Made by a program: the position numbers and the translations under genes
Shown here: positions 34,751 to 48,388 of the stretch, piece by piece
How positions within the stretch are numbered: position 1 is the stretch's first letter
Layout: every line of letters begins with the position of its first letter
Notes under the pieces: generated by a model
What the model saw: the letters and a program-made list of their open reading frames with translations, nothing else
Databases searched by the model: none
Told to the model about the DNA's origin: nothing
Origin: Chiloscyllium plagiosum
Lineage: Eukaryota
Reading direction: 5' to 3'
Assembly (NCBI RefSeq): GCF_004010195.1
Contig: NC_057719.1
Coordinates: 36,304,585-36,368,584, forward strand
DNA: 64,000 bases

Positions 34751-36225
34751 GGATGTCTCCACATCATTTCCTGTTAAATATCCAAAGTCACAGAGAAATG
34801 TAAGAGTCCAACTTTGTCCCACAACATAGTTGAAGTGTTCTACCCAAATTCTGAATGTAGATGACTTTGTGACCATCCACAGTACTCGGATGGAGGCCAT
34901 CTTTCTCTTTACAGATTCTTGTAGATCTGGCTACCATAGGCCCTTTGAGTTCATGTCACCTACCTACAGCATTTCTAAGGAACTTTGCCACAAAACATAA
35001 ATCATCAATTGTCTGTAGACCACCGTGGATTTTTTTTATTCATCATGCTTGGTGATCAGACCAGATACTTTGATCAGCTGGAAATATATTCAGAAATCTG
35101 GGCCTTAATATCAAATGATAAATATCCGAATAATCAGTTATATCTTTAGGTTCTAGCCACAAGCACTTAGGTTTTCTGCCTCAATAAACATTTATTTGTT
35201 GATAGAATACATTGTTCTTGAGTATGGCATATTATTGCACAATGAATGTGTCATGGAATTGATATGCAGGATAAAGTCAAATTTCAAACAGAAAACATAC
35301 TCTGTTCATTTAATATGAGGTGTTCAGGTGTGGGCCTTTGAGTGCGACGTGTTTTCCATCAATGAAACAAATAAACACAAATTAAATAAAAGGTAGGAGA
35401 TCCACTCTTGAAGGATTGTCACCTAAACACCTCCCTTTCCCACCTCAATCTCTTCCCTGGATGCAAGGGTTGTGACAATTGCATATTATTTAACAGATAA
35501 GTAGTTAATAGTTTTGTGTGAAGAGTCAGGCTTGTGAGAGTATTGCCTGATATAAACAATAATAGAAGTCTGTCAGACATAATGAAGACCCAGATTCCAA
35601 AGGGATTGACACAGTCAGTAAATTGATCACAAGGAATTGAGTCTGTCAATAGTCTTTAATATGAACGACAGCACAGCCTTGGCACGTATAGAAGTCTTTG
35701 TTCTGTGGCTAGAAATAGCCACAGATAAATCTCTCTGCATTAACGGTCTAAAATGATTAATATAAACCATAATAACCATAAAATACAAACTCATGCTAAA
35801 GACCCACAAGAATACTTTTTCAGCTGCAGTACTATTTTAATTGGTCCCTTTGAGTCACTTCATTTTTGCTGATTGTGAGTGAAAGTTGTGAGCTTACTTT
35901 ACCGTAAATGAATACCTCGAGTGAAATGACGTTCTGTCTTCAGTAGAGTGGATACGCTTGCAACAAGGCATAACATCAGAGCACAAATATGATAATGTAA
36001 TGGTTAAATTACCAAACTAGTCATTCTGAAGCCTGGATTGAGTAGTCTAGTTATGTAAATTTAGTCACCAACAGCACATGTTTGAGAATTTGAATTCATT
36101 TTTTAAAAAACTGTTCGATAGAAGTGAATTGGTGTGGTACACTCCCAATAAGTTTGCACGTTGGAGTTCATATTTGAAAAAACAACAGTCCTTGTTTCAA
36201 TGCATTAATGGGCTCAAACATGTGC

Positions 36226-36357
36226 CTGATGAAGGGCTTTTGTCCGAAACGTTGATTTTCCTGCTCCTCGGATGCTGCCTGACCTGCTGTGCTTTTCCAG
36301 CACCACTCTAATCTTGACTCTCAGATCCAACGTCTGCAGTCCTCACTTTTGACTAAA
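36226..36357 (+). mobile_element. Short PLE pLTR insert starting at an intact hammerhead core
   Basis: CTGATGA(36226-36232)-a-GGGC tttt GTCC-GAAA-CGTT; flanking atgtgcct duplicated at 36220-36227 and 36358-36365. Confidence 0.85.
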
Positions 36358-38154
36358 ATGTGCCTCTCCAATGATGAACTTGGTGGTGAGGGGTCGTTTA
36401 ACCAAGTGCAAGGATGGTGAGCAAGGTCGTGCCACCTTCCTGACCCCATAACCCCTCCCCCACCTTTAGATCTGTGGCAGAAATGCCAATAGATGGCTTT
36501 CCAGCCTAGTTGCATCTAAGTGCTAAAGTGCTGGTATTCACCTAGTGGACGGCAGGGGAGCTTGATATGAAGGAAGCAGCACAGAGAAATGCTGGGGGCA
36601 GGAGTGGAAATCCCTTCTTCAAAGACACTTGATTAATGCTTGATTGAGGGACCTGGGCCCAGGAAAGGCTTTCTGCTGATAGCCAATTTGCTGCCCTTGC
36701 TGCCAACTCTTTATCCAATCTGTTCCTGTACCGCAATTATCTTCTTGCCATCTTGGACATGTTGCCTTGGGCTCTCCTCGATCTGAAGCCTCAGGGGAGT
36801 GTAGTGCCAGCAGCAACCACCTCTCTTTTTTTGTGGCATTCCTGAATAGAGAGGAGCTGACAGCTTCTAATTGTCTAGGAGCTCCTGGTTAGGCAATCCT
36901 TCTATCCTTGGGGCCCTTGATCCTGGGGCAAGGGCAGCTGTTAGCTGCTAACTGCCTGATTCTTCACCTGACACCCTTTGCTTCCACAAGATTCTGCCCA
37001 ATCATGCATCAGTACGGGAGAAATGTTCATATCAAGGATAAAAAGACAATATTTACAATAATCCTATATAATTCTGGTAATGCAAATTATAAACACAAAG
37101 TGCAGATTAATTTAAAATATTACTAACAAGAAATTATCCCAGCAGCATCATCAACATTCTTCCCTCCATTCTAAAGACAGAAGGCAGGACTGAGACAATT
37201 ACATGTTGATCAGCCCATTCACACTTACTTGATTAATGGAGCAACGCCTGCCCACAGTCTTATAGGCAACATCCACGCTTGGGCTAATCATAAACAGACA
37301 ACATTTGCTTCACACAAGTATCAAGCAATGCTATTTCCAACAACAAAAGCATAAATATAACCAGAAATACAACGTTTCAAAGGACACGTTTGGAACAGAC
37401 GTCATAAGATACTTCTTTGCACAGAAGATGATCAAAAACTCCATAGCCAAGGAGGATTGTTGGGCCTAAGCGTCATTGGGTTGATGTAATAAACTATTTT
37501 ATGCCACAAAACTGGAAGAATGTACGGTTATTATTCTAGAAAGATTAAACATGAAAAAAAGTCAAAGAATCTTCTTCATTCAATCTTATGATTGTATCAC
37601 TGCCTTCTCCAGTGGGAGCAGAACTTGTGGTGCAGTGATCATGTCAGTTTGTATGTAGTAGATGCTTTGAATTCATGTCTCATGCCCATGGTTTGTTAAC
37701 CATTGCAAGTAGTGTTCATGATACAGTTCAACAAACTGATGAACAGCTTTGGAATCTTTCCATACTATTCCCAAAGGGGAAAAAAATGAAGAAATGCTTA
37801 AAAAGAAACTTGCAGGAAGCAAAGCTTCTATTGATACAGTTCTTACTGCTAGTTCAAATACTACTGTGACTTGCTTTATCATAAATAATGGCCAAAAAAT
37901 ATTTTTCAAATAGTAGAACTGTAGAAATATTTTTTCAGATTTAATTTAACTGCACACACTAAGGTTACAAACGAAAAGCCATCTCTTTATGTTGTACAAC
38001 AACATTAGTAAAAGCAGGAAGTTAATTTGCAAACAAACGTATTCATGGTTAACTTTCTCTTTGTATTGGTTATATTAATAGTGCTTAATTTATTTTTGAC
38101 AACTTATTAATTTACGGGATTCTGTTATTATCTAAAGAAAAGTCTTACTGCCTT

Positions 38155-38430
38155 AGGGTAAAGGGAAGACGTTTTAGAACGGAAATAAGGAGAAACTTCT
38201 TCAGCCAGAGAGTGGTGAATCTATGGAATTCATTGCCACCAAAGGCTGTGGAGGCCAGGTCATTGAATGTATTTAAGGCTGAGATAGGTAAGTTCCTGAG
38301 TATCAAGGGTTACAGGGAAAAAGTGGGAGAATGGAGTTGAGAAACTTAGCAGCCATGATTGAATGGCAGAGCAGACTCGATGGGCTGAATGGAATAATTT
38401 CTGCTCCTAAGTCTTTTGGTCTTATGGACT
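38155..38430 (+). mobile_element. CR1 3' fragment
   Basis: FRTEIRRNFFSQRVVNLWNSLP...FKAEIG followed by a 3' UTR ending ggtcttatgg. Confidence 0.85.
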
Positions 38431-39506
38431 TAAGGACTTGAAATGTTAACAGTGTTTTTCTTTCTCTATCAATACTGCCACACCCGCTGAGTTTCTCCAG
38501 CATTTTCTGTGCTTGTTTCAGAATTCCAGCATCTGCAGTATTTTGCTTTTGTTCCAATGTTATTTGTTTGATGTGAAGGAACTACCCTCCATTTGTCTTC
38601 TTCCTGTCGTCCTGTTTTCATAGTTGTAGCTTTATTTGCAAACTGGAGCCTAATTAGAGAAGAATCCTCTAAGCAGGCAACTTTACAGTTCATAAAATTG
38701 TACAATTAATTGGAAGAACATAGAATATTTCAACTATTCCCCAAAAATGGCATTCTTTCTGAGACTGTGTAACGATTTACAATCCAGGATGTTCAACTTT
38801 TCTTCATCATTGTTGACTGATAGCTATCTGAATTATCGGTGGTATCTGCCTGCTTTGTTTTGCGTGCTACAACAAACAAGATCTAGATTTCTATTTAAAC
38901 CAGATCAGTTCTAATCCACATATCTTGTGATTCTGATGTGTTCATCTTACTGATTGTTATCCTTTCTAGTTCTCATACAAACAAGAAATATTGTCACTTA
39001 AGCATTAGTGCAGGAATCAATATGATGGCAATTCCATATCCCATTAAACCTAAGACCACAAAAATAAAACTGATACTGCTTGGGTTTTATTTAAGAGCTC
39101 CCTTGTAGGTATTGTGCTGCTGAAGGTCTACGCAACACCAGGCTCAGAATGATTGGCGGCAGATCGTATTCATGCTACATAAATGCCAGGCAATGAACAT
39201 CCCAAATCAGGGAAAGTCTAAGCACAGCCCCCTTGATGTATAATGGCAGCACCATAATTGAATCCTGCATCAATATTCTGGGACTCCACATTAATCAGAA
39301 TCTTTGATTAAAAGCAAAATAGTGCAGCTGATGGAAATGTGAAACTAACCCAGAAAATGCTGGAGAAACTCAGCAGGTCTGGCAACATCTGTGGAATGAG
39401 AAAGACAAGTATGTTTCAAATTTGGTATAACTTCTTCAGAACAATTAGAGTTGAAACATTAACTACTACATTGCAGTTTTCTGATGTTGTAATGAACTAA
39501 GAAGAA

Positions 39507-39630
39507 GCAAATGAGGACTGCAGATGCTGGAGATCAGAGTCAAAAAGTGTGGTGCTGGAAAAGCACAGACAGTCAGGCAGCATCCGAGGAGCAGGAGAGT
39601 TGATGTTTCAAGCATAAGCTCTTCATCAGA
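39507..39630 (-). mobile_element. Short PLE pLTR insert ending at the hammerhead core
   Basis: Minus strand tCTGATGAagagcttatgcttGAAAcatc; 12-bp TSD aactaagaagaa at 39495-39506 and 39631-39642. Confidence 0.85.
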
Positions 39631-39688
39631 AACTAAGAAGAAATCAACCATGATGGAACACAAAACCATCTGAATACTTTTTCAAATA

Positions 39689-39848
39689 CAGAAGAACCTC
39701 AATTATCCGAATGACATAGGCAGGGAGTATTTTGTTCAGATAATCAAATGCCAGATAACACAGTTTAGCCAAGCATCGAGACCTTGCAATCTTGTTCAGA
39801 TAATCCAAAATTCAGATAATCAATATTGGAATAATCAAAGTCCCTCTG
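39689..39848. mobile_element. Tigger/pogo-like MITE, second copy
   Basis: TA|cagaagaacctcaattatccg...tccctctg|TA; internal sequence homologous to 31641-31783. Confidence 0.78.
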
Positions 39849-40229
39849 TAAAAACCAAAAATACTGTTAGAGTTAACTGTGATTTCTCTCCAAAGATGCT
39901 GCCAGGCTGGCTGCGCTTTTTGAGCATTTTCTGTTTTGTTTCTAAATATGTTTTCATCCAATACTATTTTAGTAAACTTTTCTTTTTAACAAATATTTGT
40001 ATAACTTGTCTGCTACATATCAAAGTATCAATCACTGCAGTTTCTCACTGTATCTTTTACTGATATTCTAACTGTGTTTGAGTCAGCTGATCTGCAGCAA
40101 TCTTAAAACTGGATTTGTCCAAAGGATTCAACATAGTGCATTGAATCTCTATGTGTAATAGTTTGAAAGAGTTTTCAATATTTCATTTGATCTTTTAAGA
40201 TTTAGTTTTGTAGAGCCATACAGGAGACT

Positions 40230-41320
40230 GGAGAATAAAATTATAACCCAGGGAATAAAAGGGACTATAGCCACATGGAGACAAAATTGGTCGAGTCATA
40301 TGAAACAAAAAGCAATGATTATTTTTTCAACTGAGAAAGGATTATAACAGAGCTTTCCAGGGATAGTGTTAGAACTCTTATTTTTTCTGATATACATTAA
40401 TGACCTCGTCATTGACTTACAGAGAATGGTTTCAAAACCTGTGGAAGATAAGAAACATGGAAGCATTATGAATGGAGGAGGTGTAGAAATTTAAAAGAAC
40501 AGATTAGTGGAATAGGTGGACACGTGGTAAGCGAAATGTAATGCAGAGGAGTGTAAAGTGATTAATTTTATTTGGAAGAACATGGAAAGGCAATATCAAA
40601 TAAGAAGCACAATTCTAAAGCAGATGCATGGCCAGAGAACAATGCACAAGTTATTGAAGATGGCATGATAGGTTAACAGTGTGGTGAATAAAGTATACAG
40701 TATCCTGAGTTTTATTAGCACGGACATAGAGTACAGGAAAAAAGAGGTTTTGCTGAACTTACGCAAGACACTTGTTAGACCTCAGTTAGAGTACTGTGTT
40801 CAGTTCTGGGCATAAAATTTCAGGAAAAAGTGGTGAAGTCATTAGAAACAATGCAAACAAATTTCATAAGAATGGTTTCACGGATGAAGAATTTCATTTA
40901 TGTAGATAGAATGGAGAGGTTGAGACTCTTCCTTTAAAGAGAAGTTTGAGAGTCAATTCTCAAAATCATGAGGGACCTGGACAGAGTGGCTAAGGAAAGA
41001 TTGTTCCCACTGCTGGAAGGGCTGTGATTGAGGAGTCACTGATTTACTGTGATTGCCAAGAAATGCAATAGAGACATGAGGAGAATCCTTTCCATCAACA
41101 AATGGCAAAGAGGTAGAATACACCACCTGAGAGTGGGTGGAGGCAGGTTTAATTCAGGTTTTCAAGAGGCAAGTGGATTATTAACTGAAAAAGAAGAATA
41201 TGCAGGGCCATTTGGAGAAGGCAGGGAGTGGCACTAGGTGCATCACCCATTTGAAGAAACGTTAGATTTGACTAGCAGAATGACCATCCACTTTGCTCTA
41301 ACACTTCAAGGAATCTGTGA
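40230..41320 (+). mobile_element. Decayed CR1 RT and 3' end
   Basis: FLIYINDL at ~40385 and YARHLLD/TLVRPQLEYCVQFW at ~40770-40810. Confidence 0.75.
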
Positions 41321-41416
41321 AAGCTGAACATGTAATATTTCCCACTAGCAACTTTCAGCGAATCAGTTACCTGTATTCTCTGAGAAAATCAGGCAGAAGA
41401 TAACTCACTGAATCGA

Positions 41417-41590
41417 AATCGACGTTTCGGGCAAAAGCCTTCATCAGGAATAAAGGGAGTGAGCCGGTATGAAGGGCTTTTGCCCGAAACGTCGATTTCG
41501 CTGCTCCTTGGATGCTGCCTGAACTGCTGTGCTCTTCCAGCACCACTAATCCAGAATCTGGTTTCCAGCATCTGCAGTCATTGTTTTTAC
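41417..41590. mobile_element. Fold-back PLE pLTR insert with two opposed hammerhead remnants
   Basis: aatcgacgtttcgggcaaaagccttcatcagg...tgaagggcttttgcccgaaacgtcgattt; 13-bp TSD ctcactgaatcga at 41404-41416 and 41591-41603. Confidence 0.88.
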
Positions 41591-42278
41591 CTCACTGAAT
41601 CGAGCTAATTCTCATCAATTAGGATTTGTAAATGCACCACTCAGTGAAGTCTGTTCAATCTATATCATTTGGCCATAAACTGGTCTGATTTACCTCTGCA
41701 TTCACATGATTTGTCTTAGAAACAACTTGTCACTTGACTCCATGGATAACTCATTATTGATCTAAGAATGTTGACACATTAACCTAGTGTAATTTATTTC
41801 TCCTTGTACACCAGAATTGTATTTAACTTCTTTCCATTATGCAATTTACATCAATACTATCACCCTCTCTGACCAGCTTCATAGGCTATACAAAACATAA
41901 AACTAACAACCTATTTTCCTCAGAACTCAATTTCTAACCTATCCTCTTCATTAAGAATATCTGCTTCCACCTCTCAGTCCATCTGCTGCTGAAACCCTCA
42001 TCCATGAATTTGAACCTGCAAACTCAACTATTTTAATGCTCCCCTGACCAAATCTATATCCACTATCCTCCACAAAATTCAGTTCATTCAATATTCTGTT
42101 TTCTGTATCCTATCTTACACACTTAGTATACCTGTTCTTCCCACCTTACATTACTTCCTGGTCCTTTAATGTCTCAAGTTCATTCTTCACTCTTTGCTAA
42201 TCTGTAACCTCTTTTAGCCCTACAATCCTTTAACTATTTGATGTTAAAATCCTCTGTGTTTTATACTTTACCTTAACA

Positions 42279-42609
42279 GGGCAGCACGTGGTTAACACTG
42301 CTGTCTCACAGCGTCAGGGACCCAGGTTCAATTCCAGCCTTGGGCGACTGCCTATGTGGAGTTTGCACATTCTCCCTGTGTCTGTGTGGGTGCTCTGTTT
42401 CCTCCCACAGTCCAATGCTCTACAGGCTAGATGGATTAGCAATGCTAAATTACCCATAGTATCCAGGGATGTGTAGGCTAGGTGAATTACCTATTGAAAA
42501 TGCAGGGTTGCAGGGATGGGGTGGGGCTGGATGGGATGCTCTTTGGAGTGTCAGTGCAGACCCGATGGGCCAAACGGCCTGCTTCCATACTGTAGGGTTT
42601 CTATGATTC
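42279..42609 (+). mobile_element. HE1-like (V-SINE) SINE
   Basis: gggcagcacgtggttaacactgctgtctcacagcgtcagggacccaggttcaattcc head, gtggagtttgcacattctccc central domain and CR1-like tail gggccaaacggcctgcttccatactgtaggg. Confidence 0.85.
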
Positions 42610-43759
42610 CACGTGTTCAGACAACTAGACCCATATCCTATCTCGAAAGTTCACAACCTCTTTTTCTTCCTCATTTTCTTTATTTTCACCCAGCTTGGGT
42701 ATCCATTTTGACTAGTTGCTTTTTTTTACAAAGTGCTTTAGGCTATTTTTAATAATAAAAGGTATTTATTCAATGCATGTTGTTATATTAGCTTGTGCAC
42801 TCAAAAACAAAGATGGAATTTCACCTGCTGTCCAGAGAATAGGGTCCATAATCAGTTTATAAACACTTCATTTATCAGTTGTCTGGCTGACTGATGATAT
42901 TAAAAAAGCATGCTCAGAAAATGAAAGATATGAAAATGGACAGGAGACAAAGAAAATGCTGCAGTAAGAACTAAACAACAATGCACTCTCTTCACGTACT
43001 GTGTTCTGCTTGAAGCAGTCATAATTATGAATAAAAATCCTGCTTAAGTGCAAAATTAATTTAAAAATGTCTTAAATCCTAGATTAATTTGTAATAATAC
43101 TATGTTAAATTATTTACTGAAATATCTGTTAGGTTTTTAATTATGAATCTTCAATGGTATTGAGAATTTGTATCATACAAGCAACAGTAGGGAAATTGAG
43201 GTTCATGCCTTGATAAATTCATTTTATTTAGATTTTGTTGCCATCCCAATTAAAGATATTTGAATATGCTCTAATACAGACCTGAAAACTGCACTAAAAA
43301 CAGAAATCTGGGTTGACTTGATGATGTGTAAAAGCAGGAGTTTATGATAGACTGACAGGGAAGCTCTGCTTTTGAATAGCACAACAGCAGTGTTTGCAAC
43401 CAGTTGTGATCCGAGTGTTGTGCTGGTCTGACACTCTGTATACCTCTGGAGTTTAAGCAGTCAGTTATGGTGGGAGACATGGCTGGAGCCACTTAATTGT
43501 GGGAGAGCTCCTCCATTTGTTTCCTTGTGGCAGCAGAAAAAATTACCTCGAATAAGTTAGAGCACAGAAAGGGCTGGCAGTGAATTCTCTGTCACAAGCA
43601 GCGGGAGGCCAATAGAGTTTATTAATGACCAGTTGACACCCATTATCCCCTCAACCCACTGCAAGATTTGGTGTCCCTGGGATTAAATGGATGCTCCTGG
43701 GCCTTCCCACATCTCAGAATGCTTCCCAGCAAAACCACTCAGCTTTTCTTTATTGATTC

Positions 43760-44360
43760 ATGGCTTTTGGGTGTTGCTGGCTAAACCAGCAGGTCTTTTT
43801 TTGCCCATCTGTAATTGCTCTGAAGAAGCTGGGGGCAAGCTGCCTTCTTGAACCTTGCGGAATAGGAAGAGAGTTTCAGGATTTTCACCCAGTAGCACTG
43901 AAGGAATGTAATATATTTCCAAGCCAGGATGATCTGTGGCTTGGAGGGGAATTTGCAGGTGGTAGCACTCTTGTGTATCTGTTGCCTTTGTACTTCTAGA
44001 TGGTAGTAATCATGAGTTTTGAAAGTGGTGTCTAAGGAGCATTAGTAACTTACTGCAGTGCATCTTGCAGGTACACACTGTTGCCATTTGCAGTCAGTGG
44101 TTAAGTGAATGGATATTGAAGGCGGTAGGTGGGGTTCCAATCAAGCAGGCAATTTTGTCTTGGATGGTGTTGAGCTTCTTAAATGTTGTTGGAGCTGCAT
44201 CCTTCCAAACAACTGGAGAATATTCCTTTGCTAAATGACTTGTGTCCTGAAGATGGTGGACAGGAATTGGTGAATCAGGAGGTGAACTACTTGCTACAGA
44301 ATTTCCAGTCTCAACCTGTTCAGCTTTTAGTCAGTGATAGCTCCCAGGATGTTGATAGTG
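43760..44360 (-). mobile_element. LINE 3' fragment (same family as 1-1200)
   Basis: tggatggtgttgagcttcttaaatgttgttggagctgc is the reverse complement of the AAPTTxKKLxTIQD segment. Confidence 0.65.
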
Positions 44361-45779
44361 TTTGCCATTGGCTTCCCACGTGATTACTGCTGATAGCTCA
44401 TCTCAGCCTTTCCTGTGACCCTGACCTGGCCTTCACTTGCCTGTGGTCTGGCTGCTGCCCTGTCTTGGGCCTTGGATGTCTGCAGTGCAGCTAGCAGCTA
44501 TCCCTCCTCCTGATGTTCCTGTATGAAGAGTTGGTGGTCTCTAATTTGCCTGTAACTATCTTTGGGTGGGACCTCAGCAACTGGGAATCTCATCCATTTA
44601 GAACGCTCAGCAGCAGTTATGGTTAAGTGGCTGAGAGGTTTTACATTCCGTTGCACCTCCCCCATAGAAGGGCTCGTCAATTCTCCGAACGCTGGGGGAT
44701 TTTGGTTTTGATTCTGATTTTTATTGTTTGCGCATTCAAGTACAAAAGTACAGCAGTTTAGTGAAAAGTATATATTGTCGCCGAACAAGGTGCTATCTTA
44801 GGTACAAGTTACTATGTATAGAATCTTAAGAACAAGGTAAAGAAAGAACAAAGTTAAATGTTAAACATTGCAGTGATTGCAGCACAGTGACACCTTCTTA
44901 ATTTTGAGTAGAAAATAAAAAAGCTGAAAATTCAAACATCACAGTTTTACTTAAATGCTTAGCCACGGAGGGACCACACTTCAGCGAATTACCTTAAGAC
45001 CAGAAGTCCACAGCGAGGCCTTGCCTGGCTGAGAGACTGTCACATACCGCTGAAAGATCACCATGCCAGGGCCTGGAGTCCGCCATGCTGGGCTGAGATC
45101 CCAACAACATGACAAAAATAAATTGCTGAAGTCGTTTGATTATCCCCCCTGCAACTGATAGGTATTCCTTGCCTGAAGTCTGACTAGTAAGTGTACAAGG
45201 AGTTGGCTATCATTTCTGAGCTGGAAACAGCTCCAAGCTTTGCAAAATGACTGTCATCATGTTGCAGCTGGACTCCTCTATGCTCCTTGGAAGGTAGGTT
45301 TTGTTGCAGGTTTCACAATGAACCAATCATTTTGTTGCCCGTGTCCACCAGTCGCCTTCTGGAGCTTGTCCCTTCATAATGCTCATGTTTCCTCAGCATT
45401 AAAACCCAACTATGACTTCACCCTCTGGAAAGTTAAAACCCAGTCTATATTGGTCCCTTGCCTTGGCTACAGGTCTCTCATACCCAATGTCTCACCATGT
45501 ACAGCTCCCAGTTTGTCTGTGAAATTGCTCTGTGTCAGTGCCTGAAATGTCAGTCAGAAGAATGAAATGAGGCACTGGTTTCCCTTCATCATCACTGTCT
45601 TCTTGTGCTTCCTCTAACATGCCTGACCAGAGTTACTTCTTAGATATCTGAGAAAAGAGAGGCTCCAGGCTAAGGCTCTGGTGCTGTGAATGGGACAAGG
45701 TAAGACTTACGCTATCTGACACTCGTAAATTAGAAGAGGCTGTCAAATAAGGGTGAGGTGAACGTGAGAACGGGGTTCA

Positions 45780-46023
45780 GTTACGAGGAAGCTGAAATAA
45801 CTCCACAGGGGCTGGTACCCTGTCAGCAAGTCAGTCATTATTTATACATGGAGAGTCCTTGACATTGAACCAGCTCTCTCAGAGGCAACTCTCAGAGTGA
45901 ACAGAATTTCTGATACTTCTATTTATATCTGTCAGCCAGGGCTCTCTGATTGGACCAGATTAACAGCCCCAATCAGGGCCTGTGGGGTCCACCTGTGCAG
46001 TCCACCTGTCTGACCTCATTACA
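45780..46023. mobile_element. Probable short solo LTR
   Basis: Imperfect inverted termini gttacgagg...cctcattaca; ctgattgg/ccaatcag CCAAT motifs and tttatat, as expected for an LTR in minus orientation. Confidence 0.45.
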
Positions 46024-47499
46024 ATCAGTACAGAAGCCATCAACTTTAAGCAACGCAGGCTACCTACAGCTGATGCTAGCCGTTCACAGCTTTGGCCCCC
46101 TGCCAACCAACAGAGTAATCACAATGGCTGTGTGCTGAAATAATTTGAACAGCAGGCATCCTGAAGAAGCATACATTGCACTTGGTTTCAGCAGTATAAA
46201 ATGTATTCAATACTGCCACCAAAAATCCTAACTAGACCCCAAGAAGAATCATCACTTTCAGGAATGGAAGTGAGAATTGTAAAGGAAAGTCAAGGTTTAG
46301 GCTGGCTCTTCTGTTTTATTATTTTATTGATTAATAAAATTGACAACCTTACTGTTATTAGACTAAACATTTTACTAATGTTATCTCTATCTCAAAACTC
46401 GCAAGTAGCAGAAAATACTGAAATTCCTGTTGATAATTTTTGATGTTAATCAGAATCTACTCACGGTTTTTATTATATTAATGATTTTCATCATATACTG
46501 GAGTGTTAACAATGATATCATCTTAAATCATTTTAGTGTTTAAAATTGCCAGCTAGTTACCCAAACACAGCAGGATATGAATCAATAACTTTTCAGTTAT
46601 TCAGCTTAAAATGAATTGTTGCAGTTCGTTAGTTACTAAATGAGACCATTACTATGCTAATATATGTATATCACATCCAACTCACTGTTACCACTCACCA
46701 GACCATGTTCTAGATTAGAAACAAAAATCATTTTTTCAGAAAGAGAAAGAATATGAAGCATTTTGTCTGAGTCGTGGAGTCTGAACTTTACAAACAATTT
46801 AATGGTCACTATTTGTAGCCCTAAACATTGCTAAAAGGAGACAAGACGTAGATGTTTTTGTCTTGCACTCATCGGAACTAGGACACAAGAAATATATCTG
46901 AACAAAATGGAGAGCAGCAAGTACAGTTAACTATCAAACTTAATTCTCAGACCAGGCAGGTAGATTCTGATTGGTCAGGGTGTTGCCATGGAAATGCAGT
47001 AGAGATTGATTGTCCGCATAGCCACCTTTTTAAAATAAAAAAATGTGCAATAGATCTACAACTTCCTTTTGCCGACATTAATCAGAGTCCTGTGTATAAT
47101 GTACACAAATGTGCCATAATGCAAACCTGATTGATTATCTTAAATTGTTTTCAGGTGTGATTCTCAGCACAGTCCAAATTAATTATAAATGGTTTCCAAG
47201 AACATAGTCGCATCTAATGAGGCTGCAAGCTGGGGCTGGTTGAGCATGATCAGCATGCTGTCCACTGCAAATGGACAAGAGGATATGTTGTTTGATATGG
47301 TTTGCCAGTCATTGGATGTATGAACTACATAACTAGCATCATACTGGCACTGAAACTCATATCACATTACTCATTTGTGTGGTAGGCCAAACAACTTTTT
47401 GGCTTGATGACAACATTATTTTGGTAAATAAAACATTTAAATAATAAATAAAATGTTTAAAAATGGGTTTATTGCATAGTTGTGATCTGAGACAGTTAG

Positions 47500-48388
47500 T
47501 CATAAAGTCATAGAGTCCTACACGGAGACAGGCCCCTTGGCCCAAACTAGTCCATGCTGACCAAAATGTTCATCAACACTCACCCCATTTCCCTGCACTT
47601 GGTCCATATCCTTCTAAACCTTTCCTATCCATGTATTTGTCCAAATGCTTTTTAAATGTTGTTAATGTACCCGCCTCAACCACTTCCACTGGTAATTCAT
47701 TCCACATGTGTACCACCCTCTGTGTAAAAAAGTTGCCCCTCGGATTCCCTTTTATTCTTTCCCCTCTAAACTTAAACGGATGCCCTCTAGTCCTCAATTC
47801 CCTGACTCTGGGAAAAAGACTGAGCGCATTCACCCTATCCATGCCTCTCATTATCTTATACACTTCTATAAAGGTCCCCCTTAGTCTCCTACGTTCTAAA
47901 GAAAAAAGTCCTAGCTTGTCCAAACTCTCCCTATAACTCAAAACGTTGAGGGCTGGCAACATCCTTGTAACTTTCTTCAGGGGTGACCAAAACTGAACAT
48001 AATACTCCAAGTGCAGCCTCACCAACGTGCTGTACAACTGCAAAATAAAAAGTTACCCAATGCCCTTACTGATGAAGGTCAGTGTGCCCAAAAGCCTTCT
48101 TCACTGCCCTGTCTACCTGTACCTCTTCTTTCAGAGAACTGTGCATCTGAACTCCAAGGTCCCTCTGTTCCACTACACTTCTTAAGGCCTCACCATTCAC
48201 CATGAAACTTCTATCTTGTTTTGACTTTCCAAAATGCAAGATCTCATATTTACCTTTATTAAACTCCATTTGCCATTTCTCCCCCACTTCCCCAGATGAT
48301 CAAAGTCCTGCTGCAATTCCTGATAACCTTCCTCACTGTTCTCAATACCTCCTATTTTAGTGTCATTTGCAAACTTACTAATCATGCC
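47500..48388 (-). mobile_element. CR1/HER1 LINE 3' ~0.9 kb
   Basis: ORFs 48197-48385, 48066-48287 and 47573-48043(-): ISKFANDTKIGG, KWQMEFN, QLYSTLVRLHLEYYVQFWSP, RGNFFTQRVVHMWNELP. Confidence 0.92.
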
